From positions 124,001 through 188,000 of IMG/VR virus record IMGVR_UViG_3300023278_002893: a stretch of 64,000 nucleotides of DNA; one strand, written 5' to 3'. A program made the position numbers and the translations under genes. Numbering within the stretch: the first letter of the stretch is position 1; every line of letters begins with the position of its first letter. The notes beneath the pieces were generated by a model. That model was given only the letters and a program-made list of their open reading frames with translations. It made no database searches and was not told where the DNA came from. This document shows positions 30,615 through 42,300 of the stretch, piece after piece.

Positions 30615-30827
30615 CTATTCCTGTTCCTCCTTTTTGGGCTTGGGGTTCCCACAAATGGAACAAGGATCACCCATGGTCAGCGCATCGCAGGAAGTACATT
30701 TACCAATCTTACCAACAATCTCATCCGCCTTTGCGCGCTGGGCTGAAGAAAGATACGCATACTTCTGATAATATCCCGCAGCGCCGTCTTTATTCACCCT
30801 ATTGTCTGGTCTTCCGCAGCAGCCCAT
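30615..30827 (-). CDS. Small Zn-finger protein (70 aa, MGCCG start)
   Basis: SD AGGAG precedes ATG 30827; CTSC...CSIC. Confidence 0.65.
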   Translation of the reverse strand: MGCCGRPDNRVNKDGAAGYYQKYAYLSSAQRAKADEIVGKIGKCTSCDALTMGDPCSICGNPKPKKEEQE

Positions 30828-30838
30828 ATTATATCTCC

Positions 30839-31129
30839 TTAGGGGGTAGTTCCGCGAGGACAATCATCCGCGCAACCCGTCGCTATTAGTGTTATTTTAT
30901 GTTCAAATACCGTAGGGATTGACGCTGGAATTACTCCAGAACCTACCTCTGTAATATATCCTTTGAAATCCACGCCGCCAAAAGTTAATTCCGTGTAGTT
31001 GCGAGGGGGAGTGACCCCAGGCACCTGTTCTGTAGATACCACCGTAAAAGAAACTGTGGCTAATCCATTAGCCTGATACGTAATTGAAATCGTGGGACAA
31101 TCTATAAACTCGAAAACCTCCGTAGCCAT
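30839..31129 (-). CDS. Small tail-tip beta protein (96 aa)
   Basis: beta-strand pattern LTFGGVDFKGYITEV; TAATG coupling. Confidence 0.6.
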   Translation of the reverse strand: MATEVFEFIDCPTISITYQANGLATVSFTVVSTEQVPGVTPPRNYTELTFGGVDFKGYITEVGSGVIPASIPTVFEHKITLIATGCADDCPRGTTP

Positions 31130-31923
31130 TAGAGTGCCTTCTTCCGTAACCTAGCTGCCGCAGAGTTTATTCGTAGGCAACTACGACACTGTCTTTGATT
31201 GGCTTTACCTGGAGGTACATACGTATTTTCCTTGCTCATCTTATGTCCATGTTTGCAAGTTTCACGAAGTATTCCTCTTTTTACTCTCTCCTGTGCGGAC
31301 CTGGACATTTTTAACAGAGTCTCCTCACTATAAGTTCTACCCAACATAGATTGTCGTATCTTATCTCTGATCTTCGTGGAAACTTGATGTCCTTTAGAAG
31401 ACTCACTCATTTTTTGCTTACTCTTTTCTGCGTGTTTACGCCCCAACCAAAACTGTCTCATCTTCTCTATAGCAGCGGGCGACATCTTCTTACCTAAATT
31501 AATCCGCCTTAGTTTTTCTTTGGTTTCTTCAGAAGTTTTCCTACCTAAATTTACCTGACGCATATACTCTATTTGTTCTGGTGTTCTTTTTCTTCCTTTG
31601 TGGGCCATACCTATTTTTATTTTAGTCTCTTCGGCACAAGGTCCCCCACCCTCACCTCCTTCTTTTATATTATATCCAAGAGGCGTGCGAGAAGAAAGAA
31701 TTTTAATCCAATATTTCTCCTTTTCATCCATTTCCTTTTGACTAAAACATCTATCTATAACAGAGAAACTAAAATTAAACTGCCCGTGTTTGTTTATAGA
31801 ATTTTGCAGAGCTGTACATCCACATTTACCTCGACGGTGGGCAAGTTCCCGCTTACGTAAATTACGAGCCTGTCCTACATACACTTTATCATTAATTTCA
31901 TTCTTCATTAAATAAATAAACAT
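31129..31923 (-). CDS. GIY-YIG homing endonuclease with NUMOD3 repeats and C-terminal Zn motif
   Basis: FIYLMKN...VYVGQA..LRKR..H, EKYWI, GYNI; repeats EETKIKIG / SEETKEKLR / SEETLLKMS; CKHGH...RQCRSC. Confidence 0.9.
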   Translation of the reverse strand: MFIYLMKNEINDKVYVGQARNLRKRELAHRRGKCGCTALQNSINKHGQFNFSFSVIDRCFSQKEMDEKEKYWIKILSSRTPLGYNIKEGGEGGGPCAEETKIKIGMAHKGRKRTPEQIEYMRQVNLGRKTSEETKEKLRRINLGKKMSPAAIEKMRQFWLGRKHAEKSKQKMSESSKGHQVSTKIRDKIRQSMLGRTYSEETLLKMSRSAQERVKRGILRETCKHGHKMSKENTYVPPGKANQRQCRSCLRINSAAARLRKKAL

Positions 31924-31925
31924 AA

Positions 31926-32264
31926 TTAAATCAAAGACGCTCCCGGTACATCATCCTCGTTAATAATTACTCTATCGTAAGTCTCGGTGGCGGTAAAGAC
32001 AATGCCTCCAGTGTCTGGATCCAGAAATCTTTGAGCAGAATAACTCGCAGAGACATAGTTTCCTCCCAGGCCAATCATATCCGTAGAACACAGGAGCTGA
32101 GCCTTATCCTCACAGGTATCTGTAATAATCGACTCCGCTTTGAAGGTTTGCAGAACGAAACCTGAAATAGTCCCAGGAGTAGATGCTATGGAGGCACCGC
32201 AAGTATCAGACCGCGCCTGGGGACCGCTAGATCGCAATTTATAAGAGGTACTCCGCGTGACCAT
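31926..32264 (-). CDS. Hypothetical tail-tip protein (112 aa)
   Basis: TAATG coupling to the upstream gene; context. Confidence 0.6.
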   Translation of the reverse strand: MVTRSTSYKLRSSGPQARSDTCGASIASTPGTISGFVLQTFKAESIITDTCEDKAQLLCSTDMIGLGGNYVSASYSAQRFLDPDTGGIVFTATETYDRVIINEDDVPGASLI

Positions 32265-32905
32265 TATAGAAGATCTCCTTCACATGAGGGAATTGAGTAT
32301 TGAAAAGTATAACTATTAGTCGCGGCGGAAGGGGTAGTAACGGAGATGTTGAAACCAGTAAGTTTCACATCCAATCCCAAGATATTGAAATCCAGAGTAT
32401 CCGCATCTGTAGTGTCGAATGTGAAGGGAGGTCCAGTCCAGATGAGATCTGAACCTAGGAACTTCTCAGTATCCACTACCCTGCTGGAAGGCCCCGACTG
32501 GGCATTAGCATTCACCGTACGGAAAGAACAAAACTCATCCAAGAGCGTAATCCCGTCTATAGGGTCTCCCTCCCTAGATGCCTCTCCTGTTTTGGTTCTA
32601 ATTATGCGGGTGATGTTATTTTCACAGTCGAAACGGTTCTGGGTGGGGAGGCTGACGCTCGCCTGAGAGGGACAGGATGTCCCCAGGAGCTTGTTTGTGG
32701 AACCTTGGAGGAAAGCATACGCGTTTATACTCATCGTCCCTGTGGAGGGACCCTTGAGACGCTTACGGACATCGGTAAATACATTTGGAGCAGCATCGCA
32801 TTGGCTCAGAATGTCAAGAAACTCTGAGGAACCAGTGAGACTGACAGAAACGATCCCGGTAAATCCTACCTCAAAAAGTCCCGCGACGACACATTCGCAA
32901 GCCAT
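32264..32905 (-). CDS. Tail-tip protein, possibly tube/Dit-like fold (213 aa)
   Basis: SD AGGAGG; IVSVSLTG...GTMSINAY...LTGFNISV...SYTF beta pattern. Confidence 0.55.
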   Translation of the reverse strand: MACECVVAGLFEVGFTGIVSVSLTGSSEFLDILSQCDAAPNVFTDVRKRLKGPSTGTMSINAYAFLQGSTNKLLGTSCPSQASVSLPTQNRFDCENNITRIIRTKTGEASREGDPIDGITLLDEFCSFRTVNANAQSGPSSRVVDTEKFLGSDLIWTGPPFTFDTTDADTLDFNILGLDVKLTGFNISVTTPSAATNSYTFQYSIPSCEGDLL

Positions 32906-32955
32906 GTATAATTTTTATCCTCCTAATTATACGCTATTGTCATTATAAATGCAAC

Positions 32956-33861
32956 CTACTCAGACCCATAAACCCCAAAGGCTGGCCCGCCTTGACCCAA
33001 GCTACTATGGTCATGAATCGGTGTACCAACCGCAGTAGCGGTACCTGCATTACCTGCACTGTTATCCGTAAAAGTAATGACATTCTCTCCGAGGGCTATG
33101 TGGGTGTAGATTGCGGTTCCGTCTTGTCGATCAATAATAGTACCAATTGTTGGGTCTGAGACCGTCCAGGAATCCCCCGCCGCGTAAGTGGCATTCACGA
33201 CCAGGAATCTAACAGAACTACCTACCGGGATTGCGATTGCTGCCGGGCGGATTCCTAAAACATTAGCGGTGCTTCCGCCAATATCTCTCTCGTCTTCCAC
33301 CTCTTCTGGAAGTTTGGCATTTCTAAGAGGTGCCCAATGAGGTCTCTCCGTACTAACCAACTTGGAATTCTCTCTGAGGTCGGTGTCGGAGGCATGAACG
33401 GTGGCAGAACCACCCTGCCCTCCAATTTTCTTGTCATAAGAAATACCCTTCTGAGGCTTCTTGGTGACCTGGGTGATTGCCGCAAACGTCTGGGCGGCTC
33501 TAGTTCTTTGCCGGCGCGAAATATTCTTACCCTCTAATTCCTGAAACTTGTCTGCGCCTGAGAGATTAACAACAAAGGACGAAGCCTTCTCAAATGCAGG
33601 ATTGACTGTTACCGATCTTACAGATCCAGTAAATATAGTTTGTTCATTTCCTTCGGTCCCGGCTCTTATTACTACCTGTTCTCCAGTAGCAAATTTCTGA
33701 GTCAGGGGCACTTCTACAGACACACTGAATGTAGATGCCAACTGAGATCGGGAACGGGTCACGTTGAAGGATTTTATATCCGGCGTAACAAAAGTTTTAT
33801 CACCAATTGTAATTTCCGCCCGGATCTTTTCAATTGTAATGTTTGCGCAGGACGGAGACAT
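32956..33861 (-). CDS. Baseplate hub/Tal-like protein with Ig-like domain and terminal HxH motif (301 aa)
   Basis: IKSFNVTRSRSQLASTFSVSV...IFTGSVRSV...LSGADKF (hub-like); WTVSDPTIGTI (Big-2-like); PIHDHS. Confidence 0.55.
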   Translation of the reverse strand: MSPSCANITIEKIRAEITIGDKTFVTPDIKSFNVTRSRSQLASTFSVSVEVPLTQKFATGEQVVIRAGTEGNEQTIFTGSVRSVTVNPAFEKASSFVVNLSGADKFQELEGKNISRRQRTRAAQTFAAITQVTKKPQKGISYDKKIGGQGGSATVHASDTDLRENSKLVSTERPHWAPLRNAKLPEEVEDERDIGGSTANVLGIRPAAIAIPVGSSVRFLVVNATYAAGDSWTVSDPTIGTIIDRQDGTAIYTHIALGENVITFTDNSAGNAGTATAVGTPIHDHSSLGQGGPAFGVYGSE

Positions 33862-34136
33862 TAAACCTCCCCCGAAACCATAGCTAGGTACTTATCGCTA
33901 AATACATACTCGCATTTCTTTGTTTTACCATGACATTTATTACATAACGTAATTACATTACTCTCTTCCATTATACCATCCTTCAAATAATCAGATCTTT
34001 TTCTAATCTCTATTCCATATCTCTTTAGCCAAGTTCTGACTGTGGGTGCCGAACAACCTGCCTCTTTGGCAATAGCGTAAGAACTCAAACCACACTCCAC
34101 GTATTTAGTGTGTAGCCAGGTTTCATCTTTATACAT
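33861..34136 (-). pseudogene. Internally deleted HTH-HNH homing endonuclease remnant (91 aa)
   Basis: N-terminal HTH (AIAKEAGCSAPTVRTWLKRYGIEIR) joined directly to the C-terminal half of an HNH (ESNVITLCNKCHGK); the first CxxC and catalytic His are absent. Confidence 0.65.
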
Positions 34137-34138
34137 GG

Positions 34139-36349
34139 TTATATCTTCTCCACTGGGTGATTGAATATCCTAACCTGACATTTATCTCCCACCGAGATAT
34201 CTTCCAGAACAAAACTTAGAGCAACTAACTCGTCTCCTCCCTGCACCCTAACTACATAAGACGCACCGTCGCCTCTGTCCTGAACAATTATACCTTCCTT
34301 GGTAACTTCCTCGGTCTGGAGCTGGTATGTAGAACTATTGAAACTACCCGCAGTCAAATACTTAGGACCCGTAGTCACGTTGATCAGATACTGACTAGCG
34401 TCTGCATATGAATAGTTGATCTCATTTATGATGGAAGTATTACCATTGGAATCAGTAAATACATCTCCTAAACGCGGAGTCGAATCAGGACCAAGAACCA
34501 CCGATGTGGATGTAACTACTTCATTTTGCTGCGCTAGAAAATTCTGGGCCATTTCCAAACACTCAATATCGTCAAGAAAGGGAAGTGTGATATCAATGGT
34601 ACTTCCATTAGTATTGTCTTGTAAAATAGACATCTCACTCTCATCAAAGTCCTGAGTAGTGGAGGGGTCATTGTCTCTAATACCGTCGGTCTGGTCTATA
34701 ATACCAAAAGCATTTAAGGTTTTACCCCCACCCCCTGTAGATTCATCTATACTCTGCAAAGAACTAGTAGATGCGTACGCTATGGGGGGTGGAAAATCTA
34801 CCAAAACGATGGGAGTGTAGGTTATACTAATACTGGCAGCGACACCCATCGCAGCACCTCGGGGGTCAAATATATCGATGCTGGGACGTCGTCGTTCAAC
34901 AACAATACACATCTCGCCGCTAGCAACCTTATAACCAAGCGCGTCTCCAATAGAACAAATATAATCTCTAAACTGATTAGTAGATACAGTAAAGGTATTA
35001 GGTGTATCTTTAGTGGCCTCTCGGTATTCGAAACCGGCGGGTGGGGATGTGAAAGGATCATAAAATCTACAAATAGTTGATGCATACTCACTGTCTATGA
35101 TACTAAATAGATCTATCTCTAGGTTTTCGTCAGCGTCTTGGGTCCATGTCCAGTTGCGACCATGCTGAAGACTTATCAATTCCTTGTGAGGATTAAGAAT
35201 AGTTTTAGCAAATCCCGAGAAACCCCCTCCTCCTCCAAATTCTTGAAGCTGAAATACTTTCTGGCCAGAAAATACAATATCCGTGATCGAAAGAAAATCA
35301 GATTCCAACTGGCCAAACTTATTCAACCTCTTAAAACGATCTGCACCTATTGTGATTCGAGAACCCACTAAGGTCGTATTGGTTACAGTACATTCGCCTG
35401 TCTGCTCATTAACAGTGGTTATTGTGGCGGGAACTCCCGCTCCAAAACTACCGCCCGCGGATGCGCCCAATGCACGGCCCGCACCCAATTGCTGACTTAC
35501 ATCCTGAGCGCCTCTAAAGTTAGGTAAAATTATACTACCATCTATCTTACTAACTTTAAAAAGTTCGGAATCAAAACGGATATATTCTTTCGTTGAATCT
35601 CCAAAAGATATTCTAAGACCGGGAACAGACTCACTGTCCGCGGACACATCGAAATCTATAATGTAACCTAATAAACTCTCAAACGCGCCTATCTCATAAG
35701 AGTTAATAATGTCATCGTTGTAAGCCTGATCCAGTGCGGGGTCATCATAGGAAATAGTTGCATATTTTGCATTATGATCCTGCTCACAGGTATCGACAGC
35801 ACAGTCGTCGTAAGCCATAAATTCTTTATTCTTAAGTCCGTCAAAGGATTCTCGGAGCTCACGCGTGATAGGAGGATCATACCCCCTAACGATAACCAAA
35901 CTTGCTTCATTGGTAACCTGGCCAGTGGGAATACAATACCGGACATCTAAATTACTTGCGGTAGCAGACCCTACTATATAGAAACGGGCGATACCATCTG
36001 CGTCTATTTCTACCTCGGCAAAACCGCCCAAACCCGAGCGGCCCGATCCCTGCGGCGCGGAGTTCAAAAGCTCAGTAGATAATGCCAAACGTAACATCCC
36101 CGTAGCGTCTTGGTTACGGATGTCATATCCAGGCAGTGTCCCTCCCATCACAGGCTGGCTGAAAGGAATATTGTAGGTCTCTAATACCAATTGAGAAACA
36201 GGACGAGTGGGATCGGGATCTAATACCGAGTTTTGAGGAACAGTATTGCCGATGACCACACTTTGGTAATCCGGATTGTCATTTGGTATGATCGTATCTA
36301 CCGCAGTTCCGGGATTAACTCCAAAGCCTGGGAAGTTAATAGCTGCCAT
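34139..36349 (-). CDS. Tail-tip hub/spike-like protein (736 aa) with C-terminal OB-fold-like segment
   Basis: Immediately downstream of the tape measure gene; PRLGDVF...IINEINYSY...INVTTG (hub end) then EGIIVQD...YVVRV...ISVGDKCQV. Confidence 0.6.
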   Translation of the reverse strand: MAAINFPGFGVNPGTAVDTIIPNDNPDYQSVVIGNTVPQNSVLDPDPTRPVSQLVLETYNIPFSQPVMGGTLPGYDIRNQDATGMLRLALSTELLNSAPQGSGRSGLGGFAEVEIDADGIARFYIVGSATASNLDVRYCIPTGQVTNEASLVIVRGYDPPITRELRESFDGLKNKEFMAYDDCAVDTCEQDHNAKYATISYDDPALDQAYNDDIINSYEIGAFESLLGYIIDFDVSADSESVPGLRISFGDSTKEYIRFDSELFKVSKIDGSIILPNFRGAQDVSQQLGAGRALGASAGGSFGAGVPATITTVNEQTGECTVTNTTLVGSRITIGADRFKRLNKFGQLESDFLSITDIVFSGQKVFQLQEFGGGGGFSGFAKTILNPHKELISLQHGRNWTWTQDADENLEIDLFSIIDSEYASTICRFYDPFTSPPAGFEYREATKDTPNTFTVSTNQFRDYICSIGDALGYKVASGEMCIVVERRRPSIDIFDPRGAAMGVAASISITYTPIVLVDFPPPIAYASTSSLQSIDESTGGGGKTLNAFGIIDQTDGIRDNDPSTTQDFDESEMSILQDNTNGSTIDITLPFLDDIECLEMAQNFLAQQNEVVTSTSVVLGPDSTPRLGDVFTDSNGNTSIINEINYSYADASQYLINVTTGPKYLTAGSFNSSTYQLQTEEVTKEGIIVQDRGDGASYVVRVQGGDELVALSFVLEDISVGDKCQVRIFNHPVEKI

Positions 36350-36364
36350 TCAAGTCTCCTTTTC

Positions 36365-39300
36365 CTAGTTTCCTCTGCCTGCCTGTGCGAGGGAGAGAGC
36401 CTGTGATGCCTGGGTAAGTGCAGTAGATGCTCTCTGACCGATCTCGCCCAGAAGCTGTTTATCTGACTTACGTGCGGTTTCTGCTGTTGTAATCTCTGTG
36501 TTAATCTGTCGGACTTCGGCCTCAATACCTTGCTTATTGTCCCCGACGGCAGTCGAGAGGTCGGTGATCTGCTCGGCAAGGACAGAGACATTTTCAGTTG
36601 CCGCGGTGGCTACGGTTGTAGCGGTAGCTGCGGCAGATGTCGCGGATGATGATGCCTCCGTGGCAAGAGTGGCGCTCTCGCTGGCAGCCTGGGAGGTCGT
36701 AGTTGCGAGTTCTATTGTCGTACTGAACGTAGAAACCTCGAGCGTGAGAGCGTCTAGATTACTAGTCGTAAGGGTTTGTTTTGATTCCAGTGTGGATACG
36801 TCCTCCTCCAAAGCTAGAATTGATTCATTGAGTGGTCCAGAAGTATCGGTCAGCCCCTCGACCGCATCCACCCTAACACCCAAAGCGGTAATGTCAGCCC
36901 CCGCAGCTCCTGTCGCAGCCTCAGTGGCAGCTACAGCCAGTTCATCGATGTTAGAAACTGTAACTGCAGGCTCGCCATCAATGGTGACTGTGAGGGTCTC
37001 ACCCAAAGCTTCGGTAATATCAGAACCTATGGATGCGATATCGGAACTGAAGGATTCAGGAAGGGTCACGCCCTGGCTTGCCAACCCACCTATAACCTCA
37101 TTGAGCGACGCTATGGAGTCATTCAGAGCACTTAGTGCCTCCGAGGAACCCCCATCGCCCGTACCACCCCTAGTAACTCTGTCTGCTGGATCATCTCTAG
37201 TACCCGGCGCAGAGCCATCTTCCTTTCTAATAACATTGGAGGGACTAGCAGCGTCATCACCAAACCTGGCGCTAGCATTCGCCTCAGCAGCCAGGTTATT
37301 ATTCGTAAGTCCTACCATGGGATTTATTCGGCGCATGCCTGCATTTAGATTTACGGTGCCGGTTCCTGCAAGCTCTGTGCTGGAGAGAACACCACTTTCC
37401 CTGCCTCGATAAACATGCTCGCCGCTATCGATACCCTTTTGAATAATCCTCATGGCACTTATCTGCTTTTCACCGGCAGTTAGTTCGGATCCGCGATCTG
37501 CTGCCTTTAACTGACCTGTGTAAGTACTTTCGCCAGGCCTGCCACCAGCGAGCTGTGCAAATGTTCCAGCGGTTGGGGGTTTTGTGCCGAAACCGCCCTG
37601 CATAGATAATCCTAAAGTCGGTCCAGTAGATTTGGTACCAGGACCTGCTACCATAGCCGCCAACTCTTGCTCATTCCACTTGTTTTTGATAGTCTCAGGA
37701 CCTGAGGTTGCAACTCCTCCGGGCGCGGGAATCGCGGACGCGCCCATTCTTATACCGGAGGTGGGATCCGCAGCCTTGTTAGTTAGCGTCTCAAGTGCGG
37801 ATAATTGTTCTCTTTGTAATCCCACAGAGGTGGTTAGGATTGCATTCGTAGGGATCATCCCAGTAGCCATATCCTCTACTCCCGCCTGGCGCGCTGCCTT
37901 CTTTGACAGGTCTTGCGCTTCTTGAGTAATGGAACCTGCAAACTTGGAGAGACCTTCCAGAGAAGGAAGTCCCTTGAAGAAAAGTTTATCATCGCGACCC
38001 TTCTTCGTCGCCTGTTCGGAGGTTGCCAATTCCTCACCAAGGATATCAAAATACTTCTGAGCTTTAGCCTTCAAGTCATCACTCTGTCCCGGATCAAACA
38101 TTACATCTGCAAGGGTTGATCGGACACGCTCCGCTTTCTGTTGCTGACTTCGTAGAGCCGTAGTTTCTATGCTCTGCTTCTGCTGAATGACAGCTTCCTT
38201 CTCATCAAAGTCAACGTCTTTCAGTGCTTGCTTCTTGGCGCGCATATCGGCCAACGTCGTTCGTCCACCACTACCAAATTGTTTCTCTATATCTCGTCTC
38301 TTGTTTTCGAAAGAAGTTCGGAAACCAGCTTGACCCACTCGGGCCATTGGACCATCCAAATCAGAATCTATCTTATTAATGATTTGAGAATCTGCTTTTT
38401 CGAAATCCCTAACCATGTCATTTAGAGTGGTAGCGAAGTTTATAGCAGCGTCCGCCAATCTAATAGCGGGAATATCTGCCTGCAACTTATTATTGCTGTC
38501 CTCTAGGGCCTTGATAGCCTTAGCTTGAGCTTCAAGATGGGATGCCCGTACTGAGTTCTCCCACTGAATGGACTTGGCCTTCGCCGCGTCAAGATCCTTG
38601 GAAGCCTTTAGCTGCTTCGCTGCTTTGGCCTTCGACATATCTTGGGGGCTGGATGATTTAATCATCTCCGTGGTAAGACCGGAGGCGGCCTTGCCATCAT
38701 TCTCGAAGACCTCCGCCATTCTGTCCGCTAGATTTGACTGTAAATCCTTCTGACTCCAGAACTGCTGGGTAGGTTGACCATCGGCGGTGTCGGACAGAGG
38801 TACGTCTATCATTCCTCTACCCTCAAACTGCTGCATACCATTCATAAGTGCTACTATATTCTTCATCTGGGGATGGGAAGGAGCGTTAGCACCCGCTCTT
38901 AAATTACCATCGGCATCTGGAATTATGTTAAGAACCTTCTTGAAGACATCGTTCATCGCGCCGCCCCCAAGTACTTCTCCAAACGCGCTGGTCTTCTCTT
39001 TAAAGGACTTCTTGGACATAACGGAGGCAAAGGCTTCGGCCCTATCACCTTCCGGCAAGGACTGGATGTAGGTAAGTTCGTGCAGGGCTTCGAGCATGGA
39101 GTTTTGGACACTCAGCTGGCGACCCCCAATATCGGTAAAGTCGTCAGCTAATTTATTCATACCCCTAATCATCTCAAGTTGGCCTGCTGAGGTTTTCTCT
39201 CCAGAGCCAGCTAGACGCTTCTTTTGCTCGGAGGTCATGGAGTCCCCGGCTTTGGCCATGTCCGTAACTGAAGTTTCGAAGTCAGACATCTGCTTCTCTA

Positions 39301-42300
39301 TCTTATTGAGTGTGTCCAGATCTCGATTTCTTTTATCTGAGGTTCCTGCAGTCCCTCGAAGAAGTTTAGCAAACTCAGGCACTGCGACAGCTAGCTTCTC
39401 CAAACCACTGAGTTCTTTAAAGGACTTGCCGAGATCTATGCTGGGGACAGCGCCCATACCCTTCATCGCGCCGCCAGAGCCTGTTATAAATTTGTTCTTG
39501 TTAGCTTCGGCCCGTTCGTAGTCGGCAGCGGCCGTAGCTGCGTCTTTTAAGGTAATGTTAAGCTTCTCTTGCATCTTCTGGTAATTACCCAGAACAGAGA
39601 GGAAGAAACCCTCCTTCTGTAGTGTCGTTGCAAGCTGCAGAACTTCCTGAGTAACTACCTTTAGTGCCTTCCCGGAAGATGCTTGTCTCTTGTAAGTACC
39701 CTCAACATCCGTAAGTAGGTCTTCTCCGTACTCCTTGGTGAGGGCATTGAATTCGGACTGAATGTCTGCCAACCTCTGCATGTCCTCTGGAAGAGAACGC
39801 ATTACTCTCTGCTCCACAGACAGTTCTTTCTCACTGGCGGGTCCCAAGTTAGGCATCCCTCCCGTAGGAATACGAACTCCCGCCATAGCACCCGAGTACT
39901 GCATGGTCATAATCTTCTTAGTGTGTGCCTCAGCGGCATCCACTTCCTTCTTGGTCCAGGTCATGAAGTGGTGTGCGACATCTGCCTTTTCCAACTCCTT
40001 GACGACACCCTCCAATTCGGTGCCCATAACACTGGAGAGAGCCCCGGTGCTGGTTCTAAATTGCCAAATAGCCTTCTCGGTGCCTTCTTCAAGCGAGGAG
40101 AAAAGTGTCGTGACTCCTCCCGTTTTCAGGTCTGCAGCTGCTTGGGAAATAACGGCCATCTGACCCGCCTTAACTGGTGCTCCAGCACTGCCCGTTACCG
40201 CGCCTGAGCCGCTTGTAGCACCTATTCCTCTAGACAGGAATGCATTTGCTATAAGTCCAGAAGACTGAGTGTTCTGATAATCCAGAACCCCACCCAGGCC
40301 GGACTGCTTACCCATGAACTGGGTCATTACTGAACTACCAGTTGCCCCTCGACCGAAGGCACCCGCTTCCGCGGCATCGTTAATTTGACTTTGGAGTTGT
40401 GGGGTAATACTCCCCATAGCACTTTCCAAATCACCGAACTCAGGAATAGATTCAAAAACCCGTTTCATCTCATTGGCGGTGGCCAGAACTGCCTCGCGCT
40501 CAGCGCCTTCCTGCGCCACCAATTCATTCATTCTGGACTGGTTAACAAGGCTGTACTCACCAGACTTAGCCTGTTCGTTCATTATCTTCGAAAGTTTTTG
40601 AATTTCCTTTCTTGTGTCACGAAGCTTACCCATACCGCTTTGATCTTCGTTCGCGCCAGCCATGCCTCCAGTTGCGAAATTTGCAAACTTAGCGAAGCCC
40701 TGCTTCATGTTATCCAGTATTCCCTCCGCAGTGGTTAGCTCCTCTGCGAATTTAGATATAACATCTACCTTGAAGGCAGTGGTTATAGCGTTCTGGGCAT
40801 CTAATGCTGATACAGTAAGGGATTTGAAATTAGAATCTATTCCCAGAATGTAGTCGCCAGAATCTGAAATACCCTGGACCTTGGTAGGGTCTAGTGAAGC
40901 CATGCTATTACCTATGTCAGCCATCATGTTGTTGTACGTCTGGGCCGCGGTGGCGGCTCCCTTGAAGCGACCTTCACCTAATGCTGTACTCATAGCGGCA
41001 TCGTCCGCCATGGCTTCCTGAGCTTTCCCTACCTTAATAAAGGACAAAGCTAAACGATCAGCATTAACAGATTGGCTTCTTAGAGTCGACGCGGCGTCCT
41101 CGCTCCTCCCCATAACCTCCTCTACGGACTGCTCGTAATCTTTGGCTGATTGGGAGGCTTTCTGGTATGCCATATATGCACCGCCAAGAGCGGCGACAAC
41201 GGTCAGGATCGCGGCGGCGCCGACTGAGGTAACCATTGCGGCGCTGAAACCTTTCTGAGCGACGGTAGCGCCTAAGAATCCCTTTTCAGCCAACTTTGTT
41301 ACAAGCGACGTTCCGAGAAGACTATTCCCCAAACCATCAACTGCTCTTCTGGTGAGATGGGCAGTACTAGCGAATTTAGTCATCTCCTCAGTGCGGCCAG
41401 TCCCAGCACCTGCGGCGTCCCAGCCAGTCTTAGCGCTTGATTTGATTCCCGAGAGCAACTTAAAGGTACTGCTTCTACCCCCGCCAGTAGTACTCACCTC
41501 GTTACCTGAGAAAACATCCATAGTATCTGCGATCAGGTCAGCAGCCTTGTGGAAAGCCAATCCCATCGCAACAGCACCCATGGTGCTCTTCATAATCATG
41601 GGGTGTAGATCACCGACGAGTCCAACTAGTTTGGAGACACTCTGAATTGCACCAGTTGCCAATCCGAGACCGGTCTTACCAAACTCTAGTACAAGACCCT
41701 TAACACTTTCCTTGAGAACCGTAACATTCTTGGTGAATGTTTGCATCGCCAATCGGTTCTTTCTCATAGCAAAGCCCTGCGAGTTAGCAGCGTCAGCGCT
41801 AGCAAGCAAGGCTTCGTCGAAGTTATTCATCAAGACGATGAATGAGTTATAGTGTCTAATACCCGCCATTGCTTGAGCTAGATTGACTTGCTGTGCGCGA
41901 GTCATTCCGTCCCAAGAACCGGCTAATTCCTTGAGTATGCCCATAGCGGGTTTGAAATCACCGCCCACCTCCATACTACCAACGCCCATCTTGCCAAGTT
42001 CCTTCTGCGCAGTAGGCCGTCTCATCGCGCGGAACATGAACTTGGTGCTGGTTGCAACTTCCTTACCAGATTGTCGAGTTACAGCACCAATTGCAGTAAC
42101 CACTCCCATGAAGTCTTCAAAACCCACACCCGCCACTTGGGCGGCAGCACCGGAACGCTTAACCGCGTCTGCTAGATCCTTAGCTGTAATAGCGTGCCTG
42201 GCTGCAACAGCTGCCCAGGCATCAACAAACTCAGCCGACCCTGACACAGAGTCCCCGAAAACTTTATGAGCTGCTGTGAGAGCTTCCGTAGCTTCTACGG

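Noticed and set aside
30839-32264. Group I intron carrying the GIY-YIG gene
   Set aside because: The ORF abuts both neighbours within 0-2 nt, leaving no room for an intron core; the flanking genes have their own starts and stops
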